Part shown: positions 50,841-62,963 of the stretch, in pieces
How positions within the stretch are numbered: position 1 is the first letter of the stretch
Layout of the letters: each line of letters starts with the position of its first letter
NCBI GenBank assembly: GCA_021432655.1
Contig: MU271191.1
Location: forward strand, 1-64,000
Direction of reading: 5' to 3'
Source: Atractiella rhizophila
Taxonomy: Eukaryota
DNA: 64,000 nucleotides
The notes under the pieces: model-generated
What the model was told of the DNA's origin: nothing
Seen by the model: the letters and a program-made list of their open reading frames with translations, nothing else
The model's database searches: none
Position numbers and translations under genes: made by a program

Positions 50841-51314
50841 ATGACTATCTGTAACCTAACTTCCAATACTTCTCTTGCACCTGTACTTTCCTCCACTACA
50901 TCAGTCCAGATGCCCAAACTGAATAACTTCGACATTCCACAACAGTATCGTGACTTCCAACTGCCTCCACCTACCCAAGAAAAGCCTGCTTATATTCCTG
51001 ACTTTACTTTTGACAATTTCAAGGAAAGGCACACACTGCTCCCAAAGCTACCTCCTGGAGAGAAGGAAAACCACAAGTATGAATGGCTCAAGACTAAGAA
51101 TGGTGCACAGGTTAATGTGGAGAGAATAGCTGATATGAAGCAGGAAGCGAGGGAGATTCTTGAGGAAATGTATAACACTCCGCTATGCTGCTGGAAGACA
51201 TGGTCTGACATCCTTCATGCACATCAGATTCATGGAATCGCCGTACTTGAGTGCAAGTTTCCTGAGCTTTCCTCAATTGTGCATCTTCTCTGTGAAACTC
51301 TTCCAATTTTCTAA
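50841..51314 (+). CDS. Hypothetical ORF, probably TE-associated
   Basis: 157-aa protein-like ORF (WLKTKNG.QV..RI..MK..AREI..W..LE.KFPEL) among TE remnants. Family not identified. Confidence 0.3.
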   Translation: MTICNLTSNTSLAPVLSSTTSVQMPKLNNFDIPQQYRDFQLPPPTQEKPAYIPDFTFDNFKERHTLLPKLPPGEKENHKYEWLKTKNGAQVNVERIADMKQEAREILEEMYNTPLCCWKTWSDILHAHQIHGIAVLECKFPELSSIVHLLCETLPIF

Positions 51315-52599
51315 CAAAGTATGTAGAACAACTACTTCCAAGGACATTCTAGATCCTACCTTACAGAACGCTGCCAGGTCCTCAGTCCAACCTCAAAATG
51401 AGCTTGCGAAAAGATCTGAAACCAGTAAGGTTACCACCCTCCACTTCACCACTGTTCAAGGTATGATCAGCTATTCTGTCTCGTGATTTAAACGATAATC
51501 ACACATCTCCCGTGACCTCCATTACCACTGGCTACAAGTTACAAAATCCTACTGTCCTCAGTGCTAATGGTTTGTCTGCTTTTCCTCGGTCACATGCTCA
51601 CAGCGACAGCTAAAGTATGTTTGCTTTGAATAGACTTGTCATGTCTAAGTCAGATTCAGTCAGGACTAAGATGTACCATTTCTACTGAAGGTGTCAAGGG
51701 AATGTTGAATTCGGTTTGCCCAAGGTCTTTCTGATGTTCTCGAAAGGTGTTAATGGACAGCAGGCCTGTCAGTGTGTGGAATGTCGAGTTGGACAATCCT
51801 GTTCCTGGTAGGACTTTGCGTGCCATTTGAGTAAGTCGACGTAAGCTAACTCATGATGCACAGGCAATCCTGTTCCATCTTCTGCAGTCCCATTCCCTCA
51901 GAAAACTGTGCTACCAGTGTGGTCATTTGGTAATGCCATGGCAGTCAACAACGTCATTGCAGCTTCTGCCTCTCCACATGCCAAGGTTCATTATTTCCCT
52001 GATTAATACATGGATAACAGGCAAATGCAGGAGAAGCTGCCCTCTATGCATCACCATCAGTCAGGTGGATTCAAGGAGGGCGGTCAGGTCCATTTTGGTC
52101 TCAAGGTATATCAGGCTAACAGACCACGTTGTTCAGTGAGATGTATCAGCACAAGGTGTGACTGGGGAACTTGTGGATAGGTTGAATGAATCAATTTTCA
52201 CCCCATCCATATTCCTATTTCCGACCAAGTAGGGCATACCCATCACTCTTGGTCACTGCCTTTTCCCTGCTCTGGTTCTGCTCGAATGACCATTGTCTGA
52301 TGACGAGGCTAGGGACAAAAACAGAGATGAAGGTGACAGTGATAACAGACTCCAGAGCCCTTGAATTGCCGTTGGGCATCTATGTCCATTCGGGATAGGT
52401 GCAGGAAGAGGAGGAGGTATATGTGTTGTCGTAGGAGATGAGAGAGCCAAGGTCAAGAATTGAAAGGTTTGCAATAGTTGGAGAGCTTTGGGTTATATAA
52501 TGAAATAGTTGATTGAGGTCTGAATTGAAGTCTTTTGGTTTCCTCTCTCTGTCTAAAGTTTCGATCTAAGATCCTTTCTTTTGACTTCCACTCCAACAA

Positions 52600-53485
52600 G
52601 GTTGTAGGCCTATGTTCGCTTCCAGCAATCTTGTCAGCTAATCATTCCTTAAAACCCGCTCAAAAATGTGAATCAGAGCTGTATCGCCGCATCCAGAGAT
52701 TGTTTGATAGCGTTCAAATTTGAGAATATACTGATCCACAGTTTGGGATCCTTGATTGAGGAGTTCCAGTTTATGTTGAGTAGTAGCAGTATAATCCAAG
52801 TCTCCAAAGTTGTCCAGAATAGCACTTTGAAAAACAGCATAGGTGGGAAATATATCTGGCCAGTGGGTAGACTCCATCTCTTCAACCTTGAGACAAGCCC
52901 ATTCTTTAGCAATTCCTTCATTTATAAAAGAGAGAGCAAGGATGATTTTCTGATAATCCTCACCGGAATGTTGTAGGAACAAGGCAAAATAGGGGTAAGG
53001 TTGATTGAGGAAGACATCGGTTTTGTCTTTTGATCCATCAAAGTTTTTGGATTTGTTGGCCATGTGAATGGGAGATGAAGTTGAGTAGATGTCTTGCTGT
53101 TTGATTCTTCTCTCCATCCAAGAGTACATTATGCAACACTGAGGCTTTTGGCTAACTCTAAATTCCTTTGTACCAATTTCCTGTTTTCCACTTCTGCTTT
53201 CTCCAAATCCCTCTCCACCAAAAAGTGAATTTGCAGCTCACTATTATAGACTTCTCTAAGCTTTTCTAACTCTTCATTTGCTTCCTTAAGCCTAGCAGCT
53301 ACTCCTTTTCCTTCCAGAAGAACTCTGTAATCCTGGTTTGAAGTTTCTCGATTTCTTGATCCTTGGCATCCATGATGAATGTAGATAATCGGAAGGAAAA
53401 GAGGTCAGATGGATGAGATAGATGTTGTTAGATAGAGGATAGAGGTGTGGGATGATAGCTGAGAGGTATAGGAGATTGGTTCTAC
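52600..53485 (-). mobile_element. Ty3/Gypsy leader and gag fragment
   Basis: FDGSK..FL..YF..KIILALSFI.EG.AKEW..F..F.D..KL..L.QG..V.QY..KF is a Retrotrans_gag-like domain. It lies downstream of the LTR and PBS on the minus strand. Confidence 0.85.
53473..53483 (-). promoter_or_regulatory. Self-priming primer-binding site
   Basis: 2 nt inside the LTR end; exact 11-nt reverse complement of 53610..53620 within the LTR. Confidence 0.75.
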
Positions 53486-53770
53486 TGTTAGGGCTGACAC
53501 TCTGTAAAGCTATCAAGTAGGGAGGCTACCAAGTAGAGTGAATATCCTCAGTGTTATGACAATGATACAAGAGGGATACTGACCTGCCAAGTAGAGTGGA
53601 TATTCTAAGAGAACCAATCTGGATATCTCACTCTATTAGCAGTGGTATTTATACACAGACAGCCACAAGTTCTAGAATGTTCTAGCATATTCCACTATTA
53701 ACTCTATTTGCCACCTGCCTGACAGAACCCTTCAAGACCATTTGCTACATGTTCTAGAATCTGAGTCATG
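53486..53770 (-). repeat. 5' LTR of the Gypsy element (outer end uncertain: 53724 or ~53770)
   Basis: Ends in ...gtcagccctaaca on the minus strand (shared with 60559 and 7283). TATAAATA at 53646..53653 (minus strand); ttctagaa repeats in U3. Confidence 0.8.
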
Positions 53771-53879
53771 CTCCATAAGGAACCCTGATAGGAATGAAGA
53801 AAGTTGGGAAGAAAGTCACAATGCTGGGCCAGATTACACACTTTACAATTCCAAACCCAGTCGTAGCTTTTCTCTTCAT

Positions 53880-54600
53880 GTCTGATTTGGTGCATTTTCG
53901 ATTTGTTCCAGATATTCGAAATAGGACATGGATAGAAAAACTCTCGATATTGACAGGAGGTCTCGGCCCTGGAATGGCAGCAAGAGACAGCTTGATTCTG
54001 TCCTGCATCCTGCCTTCTTCTGCAGGAAAGATTTGAAGCAAAATCATCCAAACCTCTTCTTTCTCCTTCATGCTGAGCTGAGCACCATCAGTGGACAGGT
54101 AGAAAAACCCAGTTTGAGGATCATCAGAGCGGTTCAGGTGTTGTTGTAACATTTGCAGAAGCTCACCATCTGCTAAATCCTTATATACTTGACCTGTGTC
54201 GTTTGCCAAAGCAAGACCTTGCATCAGAGTTCCGCAATTGCTTTGCATCAATACCACCATTCTTCGATCAGCAAAGTAGGCATGGACTCGATTGAGAAAG
54301 TCCAGAGTAAGGTATTCGTGTTGCAGTTTAGGATGTTCTCTGCCTTCCCTCAGACGATAACGAGGTGCGTTACACTTGACTTCGACATTCCGCAGGCCGG
54401 GACAAAACTTCAAATGATGACATGGCCCAATAAATGCCATGCAAGAGTTCACACACATGTTGTGCTGGCAAGGAGACACTCTGGTGAGTTGCCCAATTTG
54501 TTTGGCCGTTTTGTGAAGTGACTGAATTTGTTGCCTTGTGCATGCAGATTTTTTGCATATTGATTGTGCCACTCAACTGTTCCATTGGTTTTGGCCCAAG
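53880..54600 (-). mobile_element. CACTA/EnSpm Tnp2-like transposase fragment (second family)
   Basis: MCVNSCMAFIG..C..C.APRY; YKDLADG; LSTDGAQL; IPGPRPPVNIESF. Confidence 0.88.
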
Positions 54601-55662
54601 GGTACCAATGGCGAAGGCTTGGTAGTAGCTCTTCGTTGTCAGAGGGAACTGATGGCAGGAAAGTGGATAGATCTGGTCGACACTGTCATTGAAATGAAAA
54701 TAGAACAAGAAAGACACACATTTGTGAGCAAGTTCAGTTTGCAGTTCCTGATTTTTTGCCTCTAGATCCACAATTCTACTTTCTTGATACATTCTGTCTT
54801 GGTCTGCCTCAGCAATGCAAGCGTGAAATTGTCTTGATGTTCAAGGAACGAACTAAGAAGGAGTTGAAGGTTGTTGGAGGAGAGATTTGGCGTTGGTGGA
54901 GCTTTGTGGCATTGAGTGAGAGAGCAGGTGAAAAGGTTCCTTGGCCATAAAGGCCAGGAGATGATCTCAAAAGTGCTCACAAGTCACTGTTAGACCATGT
55001 GGCACGTGTGTTGAGTCTGAAGACAACTTGAGAAGGTCAGTGGCTGTTTTGGAAAGTAAACAAGAGTATTTTTTTGCACTGTAGCCGCACATGATTCTAC
55101 AAGGTGCTATGAAAAAGCGGAATGGACAGCCGGTTTGGCTTGATCCCAGAAGTATTCGAGAGCATCGCAAAGAGATCTCACTCTCGCACAACGTTTACAC
55201 TCACAGGCTCTGGATTTCTTTAACCAAGCATCGCTGGCAACCTATGTGGCCATATCTGCTTTAAGAAGACAGAAAGCACTTGAAATAGATGGAGAAGAGA
55301 CTCTAGAAGAACAACATGCAGAACTCATGCTGGATACAACAGCATCAAGCCTTGGAAGGTTGCACTCATATTCATTCATCTGACAACCCGCCAATTGCCT
55401 TGCAGTCCAGAAAATACTATAACTGATGTACATCACAACCTCTGCACACTCTCAACCCTTCCTCTTTCTTTTCTCCATCAAGCCATAACATTGGATAATG
55501 AAGATCAAGAGTTGGATGATGAACCACATCCACGTCTAGATGACCAATATTATCTTGCAGACATTCAGGGGGGATCGTACATGGCAGGAGAATCCGAAGG
55601 TGAAGACATGGAGGAATCGGCAGGATTAGAGAGATCAGACACTGAAGATGGCAATGATGGTG

Positions 55663-56169
55663 TAGAGATGTCAACGAGTATGGTACTCGTGGGTACTTGT
55701 GCCACAGGTACCTGTGCACAACAAGTTACAAATCAGCTGCAGAGGGTAAATTTTCATCAGGGGTACCCATTCATGTTCCCTGCTACCTATGAGTACTCAT
55801 GAGCATATGTCCTGAAATGGCAGGTACCCGTGGGGTACTTGTTTGAAAGAGTTAAAGAGAGTTTTATATCAATTTTTGATCTTTTTCACCTCCAAAATGG
55901 CTCTATTTGACTCTGAGATACAAGTAATAGTGGTGTTTAAGCCATAAGTAATGTATAGTAAGTCATCTATGTAAACTAATGTGCCTAAACTGTAAAATTA
56001 TGTTGACGAGTAGAGTCTAAGTTAATACAAGGGTACCCGTGAGTAGTACTTATGAGTACAAGGGTACCTGTGTCAAAGGTCACAACAAGTTACAAATCAG
56101 GCTTTAAGCTGATCGATACTCGTGAGTAAGGGTACCCGTACTCCCGAGTCCTACTCGTTGGCATCTCTA
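55663..56169. mobile_element. hAT-superfamily MITE, 507 bp
   Basis: 18-bp TIR tagagatgYcaacgagta (1 mismatch); exact 8-bp TSD tgatggtg (55655..55662 and 56170..56177); ggtacc/gagta subterminal repeats at both ends; AT-rich core. Confidence 0.95.
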
Positions 56170-56922
56170 TGATGGTGTGAGCAATCCTGAGAGTGGTGGT
56201 GAAGAACATGATCAATTTAAAATTGCTGGCGGCAACCATCAATAAGTTGAAAAGAAAGCGTCAGGTATGTTCCACCTTAAACAAGAACTTCACTAACGAG
56301 GGGTAATACTACAGGACATAGAAACAAGCAGAACCACCCCGGGGAGAGAGCTCTGTCGCCACTGCTTTGAGGAAATCCTAACAAGACAGGGTTGATGAGC
56401 TAAAGGAAAGAAGAAATGGGTAATTCAACTGAAACACGAAGGCCAGCATATCTTGCTTCCTTGATGCGTACGGAGCATTGCATCTGAAGACATGGATTTG
56501 CTGCCAAAAGGATGGTCAAAACCGGTGCACCAGTTTTATCGCTGAGCACCTTGGTCTTAGTACCCCCCATGGGTCTCTCCTTTCAAATTCATGAGTGAAA
56601 AACGTCGCCAGATTCTACCTATGATCGTCCTTTGTACTCTGACTGGCTGACTAGTTACCACCTATACCTTCTTCCCTCAGCGTTTCCACTGCGCTTTCCA
56701 ATGTTAGACCAACTCTACTTCTCTCCAAGCCTCCCTAAACTCAAGAGAACCGATCTTGTCCTTATATCAAAGAGGGAAAAGCTTTTGGCGTTAGAAGATA
56801 CGTTCTTGAAGAACACTCTTCCGTTTTCCTTGGGATGCTTGCTGTCCCAACCAAACCCAAAGCAAGCGAAGTTCCAAGGGTTAACCTGGATGAGAAAAGT
56901 GACATCATTGAATGCTTTCTCA

Positions 56923-57728
56923 GAACCATAAAGCAAAACTCACTGTTGTTTAAACAGATCAAGATACCCGTTTGACAATGAGAGCCATTCGCTTTCAGGA
57001 ATTGCCATAAGTATTGCAAATCTTCTCCATTTGTCACGCAGAACTGTGTCAGTGAGGATGACGTCGCGGTGAAGCTGCTGCTTGACCCATTGGATGAGTG
57101 CTCCCTCGACCTCTGGATAGGTGACAACGCGTCGTTTTTTCGCGACCAAGTTGTCAGATTCGTCTGCTTCATTCCGAATTTTGTCCTTGTCTTTAAAGTA
57201 TCGAGACAGAGTTGCTGTGTTGAGAGTATCGAAACCATTCTTCCTCCAATATTGTGCTTGTTCCTCCAAATTCATTCCCTTATTCTCCTCAGCATAGTCC
57301 ATAAACGCCAGTTTGTCAAGATTCGTGGGACGGCAACGCTTTCGCTTGAGAGTGACAGGTCGGGCTGAACAGAGGTCACCCCGAACACGCTTTGGATGTG
57401 CCGCTGCAGTTGTGATTGAAAGAGCATTGCTAATAGCTGAGCTTTTGTATGCTTCTTTCGTTTTTTGGCGGCATGGTGGATGAGTGATGGGTTTCAAGGG
57501 AGTCGCACGACCTGACTTTCACATGCGAAAAGAAGGTTCTGAAGGTCATGTATCGCACTCTCAACATGCAATCATGGCCAAAAATTGTGTGCAACTCATT
57601 GCATACTGAGAACTGAATATGCATTGCATAAAGTACAAAATACATAGGAACGAGGTTGGTGGACGATTTTTCCTTGCAAGTAAAGAGGTTTGCATATTGA
57701 CTAGTATGCATATTGGCGACTCTGACTG
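56923..57728 (-). mobile_element. pogo/Tigger-like (CENP-B HTH) element, copy 2, with 5' terminus
   Basis: 185-aa ORF 56940..57497 with Tc5-type HTH motifs. Terminus TCTGACTG|TA at 57721..57730 mirrors TA|CAGTCAGA at 34222..34231. Confidence 0.85.
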
Positions 57729-60136
57729 TAATTGCCATGGCCCTGAACTTGTACAGTGAAGAGCAACGCGTTTTACAGACGATGGTTTCCGCTGTGCAAG
57801 AAATGCACGCTCAGACATTGAGGCCGAATGATTATGGGGAATATAACCCAAACCCTGCTTGGACAAAAGATGAGGTTGGAGGTACAATAGGAAATACAAG
57901 CACTTGGAAGGAATACATAGCTGTCTACTTGAAGGACCCTATCTGAAGAATATAGTCAGTCAATTTCCATCTGCTTGCATTCATTGCTTCAATATACTGA
58001 GCTTAATTACAATTCTAGGTTCATCTTGTCTAATGAGAAGAACGAATGAGTCATCAGACCTCTTCTCGAGCAGTCAAGAAATGATCATAAAAATGGTCTC
58101 AAGTATGGGAGGCATTTTGGGATGCAGCCTTTGAGAATTGCAGTGATGATAGTCCACAAAGTATATTGACCAAATAACCTGAGGAAGGATATTAAACTTA
58201 AAAGCCATTATCTCCCTGGAAAAAGAGGGGAATTGTCCCAGGACAGTAGAAGTGTAGACATAAATTTTGCAAAGAAAAATCGGAGCCGAGCTAGGCAATC
58301 CTTTGAAGATTGAAGGTGGAGTGGCATAAGGTGCGACCCAACACCATTGGCTGCATGGTTCCCACTTCATGGCTGACGTGGTATTGAATCATCTCCAACG
58401 GTGCCATACTCAAATGTCATGCCAGATCGAGAAAGGACTCGATGACTAGAAGGATGGGAGTGGGCCGGGACATACACTTCCTGCCATGACAAGCAGTTGG
58501 GCGAAGAGGTACACAGCCCTTCAGAGACAATCAATGAGCGCAAAAATGCAGATACGTTCCACACCAATTGTGTAAATCCATGACAAAACCAAAAGGAGAA
58601 TGGAGAACTAAATTGAGATGACTACTACATGATGGAAAATGATGCGGCCGATACTAGTGAAGAGGATTAAAAGTATGGCATTTATTTTTATGGGTATTCA
58701 CGATTCGTACTTGTTTTAGTGTGAAACAAGCTGAGTGGTGATATCACACCTTGGAGAACCACTTCAGCTTTTGACTATACTGTTAGGAACCTGCTGAGAG
58801 ATGATCAGTGATTGAGTCCTCGTAACACTTCCTTGTAAACTACATTATCTGTTTGCTTGTTTTCTTCTCCTTGCTTTGTTTTGACCAATACTCGTAAATT
58901 GTTTGCGTTTGAAACATGTGAAAACCAACATAAAGGTACCCATAGGAGAAAGGAGAAGACTCTAAGTACAAATATACATGTCCGACAGGAAAGCCAAAAT
59001 CCTCAAGCTTCAAGCCGGTTGCCAAGCAAAATAAAAGGAAAAGCAGCAAATACTCTTGGCAAAGAAATTTGCCCCACAGGAAAGCTCTCATGGAATAAAG
59101 AGTGTTGAGAAGCATATGGGGACAAAGTCTCCATCCTCATCCACATCGCCACATCCTGTGTCTCCCAACCATCCTCTATACTTCACAGTTCACAGTCCCT
59201 CCACCACCTCCAGACCTTCCTCCAACACCCAAAGACCTCTGAGCAACACCTTCACTCCCTTCAACATCCATTGACTGCCCACCACCTCCTCATCCCCTTT
59301 CCACAGCCGAAATCGATTGCTTGCTTGGTCTGGTTGATGGCAATGACCTTGTGTTCTATGCTCAGATGATGGAAGACATGTTGAAGTGTATCATGCTGGG
59401 CAGGCAGTCACCAGTGGTTTGGCTTTTGAAGATGATGTTGAAGAGCAAGTGTATGATGAATCCTTGGAGCTTTCAGATGGTGTCTTCTCATTCAATAGTA
59501 GTTTCCAATAAAGTAACATCACGTCCTCAGCCATGCCTCAGAAGAGGCAGCCCAGGAAAAAGAATTGGAGTCAAGTAATGGTGAATTGGTTCCCGCTGCT
59601 ACATATGGATTGAAGCTACTTGAAAGGCTGAAAAGGATCTCCTTCGGAGGGTCTGGGAGGTGTTTTGGGAAGGAAAACTGTCGCACAGGGGATGGAGAGC
59701 AGCTGAAAGGATTGAAACGAAGCTGAGGATATGGCAGAACGAGCAAGATAGCAAAGTCCACAGCTTGGGACAAGAAACAGAAGGAGGAGGGAATGAAAAG
59801 GCATGTTGTTCACTGCTCCCTAATTGTGATTCTAGCTCTAGCTAACAAAGTAAATTCGGTGTAGAGCAGCAGAGAATATGAAGTCCCTCTACTCTTTCCT
59901 CCACCCTATCCCCATCACCCACTCTGGTCAAGCTCGTGCTCCTTCATTTCCACTCTTGATGACCATAAAAATGTAATCGAAGCCCGCAATCCCCCCCATA
60001 TCTTCACCCAAGCACCATCCTCATCCTCCTTCTCCCATCCTTCCGGTGGACATTGATATTTATGTCACCTCGGATTCTAATAGGTCAGAAGCTATATATG
60101 AACGGAAGTAGTTGCAAGGAGGTTGGGTTAAGCCGA

Positions 60137-60559
60137 TGTCAGGTTTGCATCTTACGCAAATTGGCGCCCGTTCGCTGGATTGCGTCTCCTATTGCCCATT
60201 TGCGTTCCTCGCAAATTGGCGCCCATTCGCCCGTTTGCATTCGTCGCCACTCTGCGTCTCCTGTTCGCCCATTTGCGCCTACATCACCACTTAGCCCAAT
60301 TGTGTCTATTCTCCTCTTATTAACTCCACGTAATCCCACTGTCACTTCCTCCTTTTAGTTCTCTTACATATTTCATCTGCTCTCCTCTACACTCTGTGAC
60401 AGTGTTATTCCGCTTGTATATAGATCGGAGAGTAGTGGAGGTGACCTTAGAGTATCCTCTTAGGTACAGGTTAGTCTTCATGTCATATCATGCACTTCGG
60501 TTTATCTCCACTACAGACACATTTCCCGTCAGTGACCGCACATAGTGTCAGCCCTAACA
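60137..60559 (+). repeat. Solo LTR (Gypsy, related to the 53486 LTR), 423 bp
   Basis: tgtcagg...cctaaca termini; 5-bp TSD gccga/gcaga (1 mismatch); tatata at ~60417; internal repeats of cgcaaattggcgccc and tgcgtctcct..gcccatttgcg. Confidence 0.8.
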
Positions 60560-60564
60560 GCAGA

Positions 60565-62620
60565 CTCCTCCTGAACGACAGGACAAGCCACCTGCTCAGA
60601 AACCACACCTAAATTGAGAAGAGAACAAGCAAGCACAGGAGGTGAGACTCAAACATGATAAAGAATTTGCCAAGGTGCTAAGGAAGCTGCTGGAAGGCAA
60701 CCAGTTTGTTAGTGAGCTTCAAGCATGCCGCACTTGTGCCTTGGAGTCAAATTTCCATCTCCTCAAAACGGGGAAGTATACTTGCATGATGGGTATGGAA
60801 ACAGCAGCTGCTGCGCATGGATTTGGTGCTACTTATGGAGGACAGAGTGTCAGGAGCTGGGGCAGTCACTTCATGAAGACAAGTGAGCTTCCTGCATTGG
60901 CTCAAGGTTTGTCTGGTTTCAGTTCTCATATCTCCATGAAGGCTTATGTGGCTGCTACAGGGTATTATCCAAATCCTTCTCGTTGTTACGAACTCCCAAA
61001 ATCAGAGAAGAGTTGCGAGCTTGAATGAGAAATGAAAGTTCAGCATGCATCCCAGTAAAGTTGTTGATTATAGTCTGGTGCATGTGGTACCAACTGCGCT
61101 CAAGAGTCATGCCAAAAAACAGGTTAGCAAGGATCTTCCAGACTGATTGAAGAGTTATGTCAACCTCAAGCTTTTCCTCACATCAAATAGAAACCAACTA
61201 AAGGTATTTCAAAGAGAACAGCACGTCGGTGGCTGGAAACTGAAGGGTTCAAATGGACACATTATAAGAAAGGGCTGTATTATGAGTATGTGTTTTTTCG
61301 TGGGAGAATTGTATTCTAATTTCAACCGTGAGGATGAGCGACTGGATGTTGTCAGATGTCGTCAAGAGGTCTTTATCCCAGCCTTTCTCTCTTTTCTCCC
61401 CTGCATGGCCAGTACTTGCTTACTGATGACCCACAAGAAGTCATCAAGGTGCTGCCACCCAGTGTCAAACCGGTTGTCCTTGTGGTCCATGACAAGATAA
61501 CATGTACAGCTAATGATGGGAAAACCTATTCTTGGATGCTAGAGGGTTGGACAAAGCTTAGGAAGAAGGGACAAGGAAGAGGAATTCATCGATCAGATTT
61601 TCTCTGTTCAACATTTAGTCATCTTGCAGATGTGGTGCAGATTGAACATGGGAAGAACCATGATGGATTTTGGACTGGAGAACTAATGTTAGATCAGGTG
61701 CAGCTCTCCTTCTCTACCCTGCTGTCACTGCGAGATTAACAATGTCGGTGAAACAGGTTAAAACCAAGTTGATTCTGCTCTTTGAACAGCTGCATCCTGG
61801 CCAACGGATGTTGTTATTACTTGACAATTCTCAAGGGCATAGTTTCTTTGCCAAAGATGCTCTAAGAGCAACCAAGATGAATCTCAACCCAGGTATGTAT
61901 TTCAGTTAAAATACATCAGAACAATAGCTTATTCAATTAAAGGAGGAGTTGAAGCAAGACTTCAGCCTGACTGGTATGAGAAAGTCAGTTTGAGGCTTGT
62001 ACAGCCTATGGTTGACACAATGGCACCCCAAAAGGAATTAAAACGACACTGAAGGAACGTGGGCTTTGGATTGATGGTCTGAGAGGTTACTGCAAGAAAA
62101 TGGTGGAGCATCGTGACCACACCAAGTGTTGTACCCATAAGTAATCTCAATCTTTCCTTCTTTTTGTGTATTGCTAACTGAAAGATAAAGCGGTGGATGG
62201 CAGCTCAACCAGATTTTCAAGCTCAAAAAAGTGCTGTAATTGAAGCAGTAGAAGCTACTGGTCATTATGAGATCATGCTTCCAAAATTTCATTGCGAGAT
62301 CAATTACATTGAGTTTTTTTAGGGGTCGGATAAAGTACTATTGCCATGGTAAGTCTTCCGCCATTTGAGCTGCTGTCAATAATGATTTGTTAGAGAACTG
62401 TGATTATACATTTGAAGGACTGAAGAGGACCATTCCTGCAGCATTGAAGTTTGTCAAGCTGTCCACAATATGGAAGTTTGAACAAAGGACCATGAGATGG
62501 GTACAAGCATACTTGGAGGGGAATGTGGTTGATGCATCTTATGGCATTAAACAGTACTCTTCTCATGGTAGGGTCCCCGAAAAGGCAGCAAGTAGGGATG
62601 ATTATTATTTTGCAGATTAA
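60565..62620 (+). mobile_element. IS630-Tc1-mariner superfamily transposase pseudogene (spliced, LPKFHCE type)
   Basis: VVHDK..C.AND, LRKKGQGRGIHRSDF, GKNHDGFW, FEQLHPG..LDNSQGH, MNLNPG, ERGL, QPDF, LPKFHCEINYIE, CDYTF, YSSHGR. Confidence 0.85.
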
Positions 62621-62963
62621 TTGGAATAATGATTTATAACAATGATGAAAGACTTATAGTACATTTTGGCCAGTCCATCCTCACTTTTCTTGACTCAAAA
62701 TTCATCACATTTGACAAGAAAAAAATGGCAAGAAAATTTTGGACCTCCTTAGCACTATGAGTCATGCTGAGTCTTTTAGGTTGGACTAGACTAGATGTCC
62801 AGCACCAGAGCTCTGGGAACCGAGGCGCACAAGGGAACGCCATTACTACTATTATAGGCGGACATCGAGGATTTCATTCCCCATACAATCTAATGTGAGG
62901 AAGATGAAAGATTGAGACGAGCGAGACACTCTTAGCAGGCATGGCATATGACAGCGCTAACAG

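Noticed and set aside
51800..52140. Possible hAT catalytic-region remnant (ISLINTW..ITISQVDS)
   Set aside because: Similarity too weak and too short to support a call.
57730..58700. Possible Plavaka or KDZ transposase remnant
   Set aside because: No diagnostic motif could be read with confidence.
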